From contig CAJINA010000008.1 in the NCBI GenBank assembly GCA_905176665.1, positions 276 through 64,275 on the forward strand: a stretch of 64,000 nt of DNA. Direction: 5' to 3'. Source of the stretch: Olavius algarvensis Delta 4 endosymbiont. GTDB taxonomy: Bacteria > Desulfobacterota > Desulfobacteria > Desulfobacterales > CAJINA01. Position numbers and translations under genes: made by a program. This document shows positions 56,062-64,000 of the stretch, piece after piece (position 1 is the stretch's first letter; each line of letters starts with the position of its first letter). Under the pieces are notes generated by a model, which made no database searches, was not told where the DNA came from, and worked only from the letters and a program-made list of their open reading frames with translations.

Positions 56062-57273
56062 TTAACGGGCAGGTAGCTGCCGGATATGGTCAAGGATGAC
56101 GTGGGCCAGTTGCGCCTTCTCCATGAGGGGCAAGGTCGCGTGGGTGCCGTCTTTGAAAAACAAGGTCACCTGATTGGTATCGGCCTGGAACCCGGCCTCT
56201 GCTTGCGTGACCAGGTTTCCGACGATCATGTCCAGGTTCTTTTCTTTCAGTTTTCCCGTGGCATAAATTTCCAGGTGTTCCGTCTCGGCGGCGAAACCGA
56301 TCAGCAACTGTTGTTTTTTGGCGTGGCCGGCCTCTTTCAGGATGTCCGGGTTGCGGGCCAGGCAGATCGTATCAGCCGCTTTGTCCTTTTTTACCTTCTG
56401 GTCACAACACGTATCCGGCCTGAAATCGGACACCGCCGCACTCTTGATCAGGATATCAAGGTCGGCAAAACGTTCCATCACCGCGGTATACATCTCCTGG
56501 GCGGTCTTGACCCGGACCAGTTCGACCCCGGGCGGATCTGCCAGTACGGTGGGTCCGGATACCAGGGTGACGTCCGCGCCGCGGTCAGCGGCGGCCGTGG
56601 CCAATGCAAATCCCATCTTGCCGCTGCTCGGGTTGCCGATGTAGCGGACCGGATCGAGTGGTTCGTGGGTCGGGCCGGCCGTCACCAGCACCTTCTGAGA
56701 GGCCAGGTCCTTCGGGGTGAGACCGGCAGTGACCAATGCCAGAATTTCATGCGGTTCCGGAAGGCGGCCAGGGCCCACGGTGCCGCAAGCCAGTGAACCG
56801 GAACCAGGTTCCAGGATGGCATACCCGTCCTGCTCCAGTCGGTCAAGGTTTCTCTGGACCGCCCGGTTCTCATACATGTGGGTGTTCATGGAGGGACAGA
56901 TGAACCTGGGGGCTGTCACCGCCAGCAGGAAGGTGCTCAGGGCGTCATCGGCGATACCGTTGGCCAGCTTACCGACCATGTTGGCCGTGGCCGGTGCGAT
57001 GACGACCGCATCGGCCGTTTCCGCCCATTCGATATGCTTGATAGCTGCCCCGTCATCGGCCGTTTCTGCATCGAAAAGATCGCTGCAGACGCTGGTGCCT
57101 GACAGGGCTGCCAAGGTGGCCTCGCCGATAAATTTTAGTGCGCTTTTACTCGTCATTACACGCACTTTAGCGCCTTTCTTAATGAAAAGCCTCAACAGCT
57201 CCGCACTCTTGTACGCCGCGATGCCGCCGCATACCCCGAGTACGATATTTTTATCGGCGAGTATGTCTTTCAT
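56062..57273 (-). CDS. coaBC: Phosphopantothenoylcysteine decarboxylase/ligase
   Basis: GGIAAYK, APATAN, PSMN, LACG, TAGPTHEPLDPVRY, SSGKMG, GFAAET. Confidence 0.97.
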   Translation of the reverse strand: MKDILADKNIVLGVCGGIAAYKSAELLRLFIKKGAKVRVMTSKSALKFIGEATLAALSGTSVCSDLFDAETADDGAAIKHIEWAETADAVVIAPATANMVGKLANGIADDALSTFLLAVTAPRFICPSMNTHMYENRAVQRNLDRLEQDGYAILEPGSGSLACGTVGPGRLPEPHEILALVTAGLTPKDLASQKVLVTAGPTHEPLDPVRYIGNPSSGKMGFALATAAADRGADVTLVSGPTVLADPPGVELVRVKTAQEMYTAVMERFADLDILIKSAAVSDFRPDTCCDQKVKKDKAADTICLARNPDILKEAGHAKKQQLLIGFAAETEHLEIYATGKLKEKNLDMIVGNLVTQAEAGFQADTNQVTLFFKDGTHATLPLMEKAQLAHVILDHIRQLPAR

Positions 57274-57391
57274 CTAATCTATTTAGTATCTGCCGTTCAT
57301 AGCCTCGGAACGAACGTTTACCGTTTGAGTCTGCTCACAAATGGTAGCTTTTGGTTCTGGGCAGAAAACGCCGTTTGTGGGCTGATCCAGT

Positions 57392-57877
57392 TTATTTCAT
57401 AAGACCCGTATCCGACTCAGTCATGGTCGGTGCAACCCAGATTTCAACACTGGTTGTGAAATCGCCGTCGGTAATGTTGATGACACACCAGCGGTTTTCC
57501 TTCTGGAACATCAAAATGGTGCGGGGCGATTTAAATGAGCTCACCTTTTTCCAGGCATCCTTGGCCATGTTGTTTTCAAAAAAAGCGATCAGGGAGCTGC
57601 CTTCAACCCGGCCTTTCAAAGAGAGTACACCGGCAGAAAGACCCGGCGTTTGAAACACAAAAGAGGTTTTTTTGTTGATCTTCAGCTCACTCGGAACCAG
57701 CACGTCCCCAAAATCGTAGTAAAGCGGTACCGGACCTTCATCTTTTTTAGTAGCAGCGGATGAAGACGGCTCACTCTTTTTGGTCTGCATTCCGGTGCAG
57801 CCGGAAACGACCAGTAAAAAAGCGAGCCCCATGGCCGCAAGCATCATCAGAGTAAGGTTTCTACGGGTCTGTTTCAT
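57392..57877 (-). CDS. Hypothetical lipoprotein
   Basis: GGAGG RBS, lipobox VSGC, YYDFGDVLVPSEL. Confidence 0.8.
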   Translation of the reverse strand: MKQTRRNLTLMMLAAMGLAFLLVVSGCTGMQTKKSEPSSSAATKKDEGPVPLYYDFGDVLVPSELKINKKTSFVFQTPGLSAGVLSLKGRVEGSSLIAFFENNMAKDAWKKVSSFKSPRTILMFQKENRWCVINITDGDFTTSVEIWVAPTMTESDTGLMK

Positions 57878-58010
57878 CGGTATACCTCCTGGATCGGTTT
57901 ATGCCCTGATTGTTTAGAGTTGACTTTAACAGCGGTCATCTGCCTTGCCGGTTACAGATTATTACACCCTATTCCGGCAGGTTGTCAATCGTTATAAGCA
58001 TCTGCACGGA

Positions 58011-59222
58011 TTATGATTTTTCCGGAACCGCCGCTTTGTGAAGCGTCGCCGTTCCGTCAATTTGAAATGCCGGAGCCGCTGCTTTTACCAGCAGGCAGTC
58101 TCCTTTCTGAACGGTCATTTTGGCTGAGTCATCGGCACGGCTAACCGTAGCCCGACCGGCCGTGCAAAGTAACAGCTGGACGGCGTCGCGCTGACCATTG
58201 ACATGTGGTTGCGCCGGTGTGGTGGAGATGACGGAAAGTTCAAATTCATCCGCTTTCGTCTGAAAAACGTGCTCGGTAGCGCTTACGGCTTCCGGGGCGA
58301 GGACATCAAGCGTGGTCGTTTCGAAATTCAATACCCGCATCAGTTCCGGAACATCCACGTGCTTGGGGGTCAGGCCGCCGCGCAGAACATTGTCCGAATT
58401 GGCCATCAGTTCGATGCCCACACCTTCCAGGTAGGCATGCAGCTGCCCGGCCGGCAGGTACATGGCCTGACCAGGGGCCAGGCACACCAGGTTCAATATG
58501 GCGGGAGATAATACACCGATATCATAAGGATATACATTTTGCAGGGCCCTGACCCAACGGCCGACTTCTTCCGGGTTCGGTTGGGCCTCCAGGGTATTCA
58601 GGGCTTCATCGATGACCCGCCGGCAGGTGTTTGCATCCAGCGACAGCAACGCGTTGAAAAGCGCACGCAGGTCAGGCGCCGCATTCATCGGGAGTGTCTG
58701 CGCAACCAATTCGTGGAGTGTCCGGGGGCACAGCGCATTCAACTGCCGGGCCATGTCCCCGCTATCCCGGAAACCGTTCATGGCCCAAAAATCGGTCAGG
58801 GCACAGATGCACTCCGGCTTGTGGTTGGCATCCCGATAATTGCGTTCCGGCGCCTTGATATCGATACCGGCATCGTTTTCCCGGGCAAAGCCTTCCCGGG
58901 CCTGCTGGAGATTGGGATGCGCCTGTATGGACAGCGGCTTGGACGCGGCCAGCACCTTGAAAAGAAACGGCAGCCGACCCTCGAAACGTTTTGCTGTTTC
59001 AAGGCCCAGCACGCCCGGCGGATCGGCCGCGATAAACCGGTCCAGAGTGATGGCTCCGTCCGGCAGAAGAACCTCGGAAGGGGCCTTGGGATGGGCCCCC
59101 ATCCAGAGTTCCGCCTGGGTTGTGTCGGAAGGCGATGGGTCGCCGATGAGGTCGGCGATAGCCGTTTTTGATCCCCAGGCGTATTCTTGAACTGGATTTT
59201 TAAGCGTGTAGATTCCGTCCAT
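58011..59222 (-). CDS. manA: Mannose-6-phosphate isomerase, class I
   Basis: QEYAWGS, AELWMGAHP, PFLFKVL..PLSIQAHP, NHKPE, HAYLEG, MANSDNVLRGGLT; ATG 59222. Confidence 0.95.
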   Translation of the reverse strand: MDGIYTLKNPVQEYAWGSKTAIADLIGDPSPSDTTQAELWMGAHPKAPSEVLLPDGAITLDRFIAADPPGVLGLETAKRFEGRLPFLFKVLAASKPLSIQAHPNLQQAREGFARENDAGIDIKAPERNYRDANHKPECICALTDFWAMNGFRDSGDMARQLNALCPRTLHELVAQTLPMNAAPDLRALFNALLSLDANTCRRVIDEALNTLEAQPNPEEVGRWVRALQNVYPYDIGVLSPAILNLVCLAPGQAMYLPAGQLHAYLEGVGIELMANSDNVLRGGLTPKHVDVPELMRVLNFETTTLDVLAPEAVSATEHVFQTKADEFELSVISTTPAQPHVNGQRDAVQLLLCTAGRATVSRADDSAKMTVQKGDCLLVKAAAPAFQIDGTATLHKAAVPEKS

Positions 59223-59354
59223 GTAATGTTTCCTTTGAACTGGCCGAATGAGGGAATGAATTTTATTTTTAAATAATTCCGGCTTATTAATCAACCGGCT
59301 TTTTTTTTCCGTGCGAAAGTCTTTACTAAATCTATAGCGGCTGTTATACAGTCC

Positions 59355-59394
59355 CTAACAAATATTTAACATAGCTCTAACATACCGTATAACC
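59355..59394 (+). promoter_or_regulatory. 11-bp periodic YTAACA direct repeats (PhoB/PhoP-type box)
   Basis: TAACA at 59356, 59367 and 59378 (TAACC at 59390) upstream of a phosphate transporter. Confidence 0.55.
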
Positions 59395-59499
59395 ATTTGT
59401 TATTTTTGTAAATTTTGCAATATAACACGGGGCCTATCTCAACAAACACCATAAAGCCAAACCACCATACCAGATTGCCAATTCCGCAGGAGTCATGAT

Positions 59500-61176
59500 T
59501 TGAGCATTTCAGGCGTACTTATACAGACACTGGGGGGCCTGGGGTTGTTTATCCTCGGCATGAAAATGATGACCGACGGCCTGCAGATGACGGCCGGCGA
59601 CCGGATTCGCAGAATCCTCGGTGCCGTTTCTGCCAATCGCTTTGTGGGCTGCGGCACCGGGGCCATGGCAACCGCCATCGTCCAATCCTCATCAGCCACA
59701 ACGGTCATGCTGATCAGTTTCGTGGGGGCCGGCATGATGACCCTCCAGCAGGCTGTTGGCGTTATCCTGGGCGCCAACGTAGGGACGACCGTAACTGCCC
59801 AGATGATTGCGTTTAAACTCACCAAGGCAGCTTTGCCGGCCATTGCCATCGGCGTCTCCTTGAAATTTTTTTCTAAAAGACCCAGCCGCCGCTATCTGGG
59901 TGATGTCATTCTTGGATTCGGACTGCTTTTCTACGGCATGACCGTCATGAAACTCGGGCTCAGTCCCATCAAGGGCGATCCGGCCTTTATTGACTTTTTC
60001 ACCCGCTTCGATCCTTCTACGATCGGGGGCCTTTTGCTGTGTGTGGCGACCGGTGCCATTCTGACCATCATGGTGCAATCCTCATCCGCAACCGTCGGCC
60101 TTACCATGACCCTCGCCATGCAGGGCCTGCTCTCTTTTCCGGCTGCCATGGCCCTGGTGCTGGGCGAAAACATCGGTACGACCATTACGGCCGAACTGGC
60201 CACCATCGGGGCCACCAACATCAACGCCCATCGGGCAGCCAGGGCGCATACCATGTTCAATGTGCTCGGGGTCTGTCTGATGCTCATCATCTTTCCCCAC
60301 TTCGTCAAAATGATCGAATTCATCACCATGGCCATGGGATCCGGTCCTGTGGACCTGGTAGAAAATGGGGAAGTGGTCAATATCTCGCGTTTTATAGCCA
60401 ACGGGCATACGACCTTCAATGTTGTTAATGCCCTGTTTTTCCTATGCGTTCTGCCCTGGCTGATCAAGGTGGCCATCTGGCTGTCACCCAAGGAAGAAGA
60501 GGAAGATCTCGATTTATTTCGAATGCCCTCATTTGACGACCGGTTCATCGACAACCCCATTGCCGCAATTACTCAGGTAAAAAGCGAAATTGTCCGCATG
60601 GCGGATATCGCCTTGATTACCCTGAAAAACACCCTGGCGTCCATGCAGGCCCGAGATGCAAAAAAATTAAGCAAATGGAGGCGTTACGAGGACCATCTCG
60701 ATGCCATGCAAAAGGAGATCGTGAGGCACCTGACACGTATTTACCAGAGCGACGTCAGCGAAGCCGAAGCCAAGGAGCTCTCCAGCATGATCCGCATGAC
60801 CAACAATATCGAGCGGGTCGGGGATGCCGTTGAAAACTTGGCGGAAATGACGGAAGACATCATAGACAAAGATATCCAATTTTCCAAGGATGCCCTCAAG
60901 GACATCCAGGTCATCTCCAACCAGGCCGTGGCGTTTCTCATGCTGGTGCAGGACGGCATGCAGAACCTCCAACCCAATTTCATGTCTGATGCCCAGACCA
61001 TCGAGGACAACATCGATTTCATGCGGGATGAAATGCGCACGCATCACATCTACCGCCTCAGAGAAGGTGTCTGCAGCAATGAGCCCGGCTTGATATTCAG
61101 TGATATTCTGTCTAATTTCGAGAAGATAGGCGATTACTGCTATAATATTGCCCAGGGTGTGGCCGGAATAAAATAG
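59500..61176 (+). CDS. Na/Pi cotransporter family protein with PhoU-like C-terminus
   Basis: GGLGLF, VQSSSAT twice, GANVGTT/GENIGTT, IERVGD/FEKIGD; TTG start after AGGAG. Confidence 0.95.
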   Translation: MSISGVLIQTLGGLGLFILGMKMMTDGLQMTAGDRIRRILGAVSANRFVGCGTGAMATAIVQSSSATTVMLISFVGAGMMTLQQAVGVILGANVGTTVTAQMIAFKLTKAALPAIAIGVSLKFFSKRPSRRYLGDVILGFGLLFYGMTVMKLGLSPIKGDPAFIDFFTRFDPSTIGGLLLCVATGAILTIMVQSSSATVGLTMTLAMQGLLSFPAAMALVLGENIGTTITAELATIGATNINAHRAARAHTMFNVLGVCLMLIIFPHFVKMIEFITMAMGSGPVDLVENGEVVNISRFIANGHTTFNVVNALFFLCVLPWLIKVAIWLSPKEEEEDLDLFRMPSFDDRFIDNPIAAITQVKSEIVRMADIALITLKNTLASMQARDAKKLSKWRRYEDHLDAMQKEIVRHLTRIYQSDVSEAEAKELSSMIRMTNNIERVGDAVENLAEMTEDIIDKDIQFSKDALKDIQVISNQAVAFLMLVQDGMQNLQPNFMSDAQTIEDNIDFMRDEMRTHHIYRLREGVCSNEPGLIFSDILSNFEKIGDYCYNIAQGVAGIK

Positions 61177-61316
61177 GGCCCTTCAAACAGGCATCTTTTG
61201 GCCCTGGACGGCGTTCTCACGGTTTTATTATCCTCAACATAGGAAAACCTATGCCTCCGGTATTAAAGTCGCTCGGGCCTTGACCAGGAACAAAATCTAC
61301 CTGTTTGAAGCCCCTA
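61174..61316. mobile_element. Miniature inverted-repeat element related to family A
   Basis: taggg-c-cttcaaacagg ... cctgtttgaagccccta termini; internal cttttggcc, cggcgtt, cctccgg, gccttga, caaaat motifs as in 14751-14898. Confidence 0.72.
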
Positions 61317-61469
61317 TGCTTTAATGGAAACCAATCCCAATTAAAATTAAGCCAGCAATCTTTTACCCCTAAACATACCCACCTGAGTATTTTTCATTTA
61401 AATACTGATTAAAAGCGTTCTTCGATTTACGATTGCATTTGCCGGGATTCCCAGCTAATCTTTTTTGGT

Positions 61470-62879
61470 ATGAAAATCGCCTACATGCACTTTCATTTGA
61501 AGACCGGCGGGGTCACTACGGTGATCCGCCAGCAGGTGGAAGCCCTGCAGGGAACCTGCGAAACGCTGGTTCTGGCCGGGGGGTTGCCGGAAGGCGATTT
61601 CCCCTGCCCGGTCATCGTCGTCCCCGGTATCGGGTATGACACGGACAGCGACCAACCGTCGACGCCGGTCGCGACGGCCCAGGCCGTTTTCCAGGCCATA
61701 AAAGGCCACTGGCCGGGGGGCTGCGATGTGCTGCATGTCCATAATCCCACCCTGGCAAAGAACAAAAACTATCTAAAAATACTTAAGATATTAAAAGAAA
61801 AGGGCATACGGCTCTTTCTGCAGATTCACGATTTCGCCGAGGATGGACGACCCGGGGTCTATTTCCATGAAAATTACCCGGCCGACTGTCACTATGGCGT
61901 CATCAACTCGCGCGACTACGCTATCCTGATAAAAGCCGGTCTTACCGCAACGGGTCTGCATCTGGTCAGCAACATGGTAACCCCCCTGCCCGTTTCCCCC
62001 GGTCCGCAAAAATCAGGTAGCCATATCCTCTATCCCATCCGGGCCATTCGGCGTAAAAACATCGGTGAAGCAATCCTGCTCTCCATTTTTTTCCCGGGCA
62101 ACAAGCCGCTGCTCCTAACCCAGCCGCCCAACAGCCCGGCTGACTTTCCGGCCTACGAGAGTTGGAAACAGTTCGTCACGCGCCAGGGCCTCAATATCGA
62201 ATTTGAAGCAGGACAACGCGAATCTTTCGTGACCCTGGTGCAAGACGCAGAATTACTGCTGACGACCTCCATCTCCGAAGGGTTTGGCTTTTCTTTTATG
62301 GAACCCTGGACCGCCGGCAAACGACTCTGGGGGCGCGATTTGCCCGGCATCACAGACGATTTTAAAACATCGGGAATAAAACTGAACCATCTGTATACCC
62401 GGCTGCGAGTCCCCGTAAAATGGACGCAGGCTGGCGACTTTCGCAAAAGCTGGATAGTGGCTGTCCGCAGCAGCACACAGGCTTTTCAGCTCGAAATAAG
62501 GGAACGGGATATCCTGGCTGGATTCGAACGGATGACCGCCGACGGGACCTTGGATTTTGGCCTTTTGAATGAAAGACACCAGCAGGCGGTTGTGGCAACA
62601 GCTATCGAATCGACCGCCAACAAGGCGATGCTTGTCGACCTTAATCCTTTTCTGGCAGATTGCGGTCGTTCGGCCTTTACAGACGAACAGACTGAAAATA
62701 ACCGCGAACGGGTCCTGGAGCACTATTCCCAGACTGCTTACAGACGTCTGCTGGAGAAACGCTACACCCAGATCAGCACCACGGATCCAGTCCAGGCCAT
62801 TCACAAGGACCTGCTGCTGGAAAAATTCTTTAACTTAAACAATTTCAGTTTATTGAAGTGGGGATTGCATGATTCCTGA
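61470..62879 (+). CDS. GT-B fold glycosyltransferase (GT4-like)
   Basis: HFHLKTGGVTTV, HVHN, RAIRRKNIGE, TSISEGFGFSFMEPW. Confidence 0.85.
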   Translation: MKIAYMHFHLKTGGVTTVIRQQVEALQGTCETLVLAGGLPEGDFPCPVIVVPGIGYDTDSDQPSTPVATAQAVFQAIKGHWPGGCDVLHVHNPTLAKNKNYLKILKILKEKGIRLFLQIHDFAEDGRPGVYFHENYPADCHYGVINSRDYAILIKAGLTATGLHLVSNMVTPLPVSPGPQKSGSHILYPIRAIRRKNIGEAILLSIFFPGNKPLLLTQPPNSPADFPAYESWKQFVTRQGLNIEFEAGQRESFVTLVQDAELLLTTSISEGFGFSFMEPWTAGKRLWGRDLPGITDDFKTSGIKLNHLYTRLRVPVKWTQAGDFRKSWIVAVRSSTQAFQLEIRERDILAGFERMTADGTLDFGLLNERHQQAVVATAIESTANKAMLVDLNPFLADCGRSAFTDEQTENNRERVLEHYSQTAYRRLLEKRYTQISTTDPVQAIHKDLLLEKFFNLNNFSLLKWGLHDS

Positions 62880-63717
62880 CCACCTGACGGCCTGGTTCCA
62901 GCCACTGGAACCGATTGCCACAAAGTTGTCACCACGACTACCGTCGCGGTTGCAAATAGACGCGATCTTGTTTGACGTGTACGGCACCCTTTTTATCAGC
63001 GGTTCCGGTGATATCAGCCTGACAAGGTCTATCGGCAGCCCCGCAGAAAATCTATCCGCTTTGCTGGAGAAATACGGCATCGCCATTGGCGGGGACGCGC
63101 TGCGCGAGCAGTTGTTTGCAGCCATTGAAAAAGCCCATGGGCACAGCCGGGATAAAGGCATCGCCTACCCGGAAGTGCAGATCGACAGCATCTGGCAGGT
63201 CATTACCGGTATTCAGGACTATCAGACCATAAGGGATTTTGCGATCGAGTATGAATTGCTGGTGAATCCGGTCGGCCCCATGCCCCACCTGGCGGAGTTG
63301 CTGGCCGCCTGCCGCAGGGCACATCTTGCCATGGGCATCATCTCCAATGCCCAGTTTTTTACCCCGCTCCTGTTCGATTGGTTCTTAGATAATTCTCCGG
63401 AAAATTTAGGATTCTCTGAGGATTTGTTATTCTACTCGTGGCGTTGGGGCTGTGCCAAGCCATCGGAAATTCTGTTTCAAGCGGCGGCCCGCCGCCTCGC
63501 CGACCGGGGCATCGACCGGCAACGGGTGCTTTTCATCGGCAATGACATGCGCAACGACATGCTGCCGGCCCGGGACACCGGATTTCGAACCGCGCTTTTT
63601 GCCGGCGATCAGCGCTCGCTGCGTTTGCGCCGGGATGATCAGCGTTGTGCTGATCTGGCACCCGACCTGATCGTTACAGACTTGATTCAGCTTGCAGAGT
63701 TAATCGATATCCTTTAG
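62869..63717 (+). CDS. HAD family hydrolase
   Basis: FDVYGTL, ISN, KP, IGNDMRND. Confidence 0.9.
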   Translation: MIPDHLTAWFQPLEPIATKLSPRLPSRLQIDAILFDVYGTLFISGSGDISLTRSIGSPAENLSALLEKYGIAIGGDALREQLFAAIEKAHGHSRDKGIAYPEVQIDSIWQVITGIQDYQTIRDFAIEYELLVNPVGPMPHLAELLAACRRAHLAMGIISNAQFFTPLLFDWFLDNSPENLGFSEDLLFYSWRWGCAKPSEILFQAAARRLADRGIDRQRVLFIGNDMRNDMLPARDTGFRTALFAGDQRSLRLRRDDQRCADLAPDLIVTDLIQLAELIDIL

Positions 63718-63872
63718 AGCTATTACCAAAAATATGTTCCGATTGGTCTATCATGTCATTCTGAGGAGTGAAACGACGAAGAATCCCTTTCGATGAAAGG
63801 TGGCCCTGGAATGCGGGGGGCTCTTCGCTACGCTCAGAGTGACAAAGTTACGGAAAGTATTTATGGCAATCG
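63715..63872. mobile_element. Miniature element with a GTCATTCTGAG..CTCAGAGTGAC palindromic core
   Basis: attaccaaaaata ... tatttatggcaat outer inverted repeats; core tgtcattctgaggagtgaaacgacgaagaatc..ctcttcgctacgctcagagtgaca. Confidence 0.7.
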
Positions 63873-63874
63873 GT

Positions 63875-64000
63875 GTAAAGCATCCTGGCCCGGAGGGCCA
63901 GGCTTTAGGACGCCCCTAAAAGGGGCTTTACTATCAAAACACAAAGGCAAAACCGTGCATCGCGCAGAGACGCAAAGGCGCAGAGAAGATCAAAACCAGG
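63875..64000 (+). repeat. Intergenic repeat family B (runs off the window end)
   Basis: Near-identical to the reverse complement of approx. 44745-44869. Confidence 0.88.

Overview
64 kb of GC-rich bacterial chromosome. Gene content and synteny suggest a sulfate-reducing Desulfobacterota/Desulfobacterales-like organism (inference). Left to right: (1) 3-14727, a secretion-like cluster with a repeat-rich adhesin (5'-truncated by the window), a hybrid histidine kinase, two HlyD/RND adaptors, an RRE-M50-adaptor fusion, a C-terminally shortened SecA paralogue and an OmpA-TolC fusion, with no ABC ATPase in view; (2) an SLC5-fused sensor kinase, EamA, DUF3786, rlmD and hydrolases; (3) a translationally coupled SPFH gene plus a 1132-aa protein with two AAA+ modules and a Lon-type Ser-Lys protease domain, the strongest candidate for an undescribed system; (4) cinA and a four-lipoprotein LpoB/COG3014/LPP20 operon; (5) an AmmeMemoRadiSam cluster with apparent export signals and an in-frame TAG in the AMMECR1 domain; (6) a CHASE2 adenylate cyclase, tRNA-Cys/tRNA-Gly and a housekeeping block (pgsA, fsa, folK, dapF, argH/G/D/B, hslU/V, xerC, udg, coaBC, manA); (7) a Na/Pi cotransporter with a Pho-box-like array, a glycosyltransferase and a HAD hydrolase. 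Intergenic spaces are rich in miniature inverted-repeat elements and inverted 6-9 nt short-period arrays. No CRISPR array, rRNA, transposase or prophage was seen. All family calls are by eye from motifs; no database search was run.
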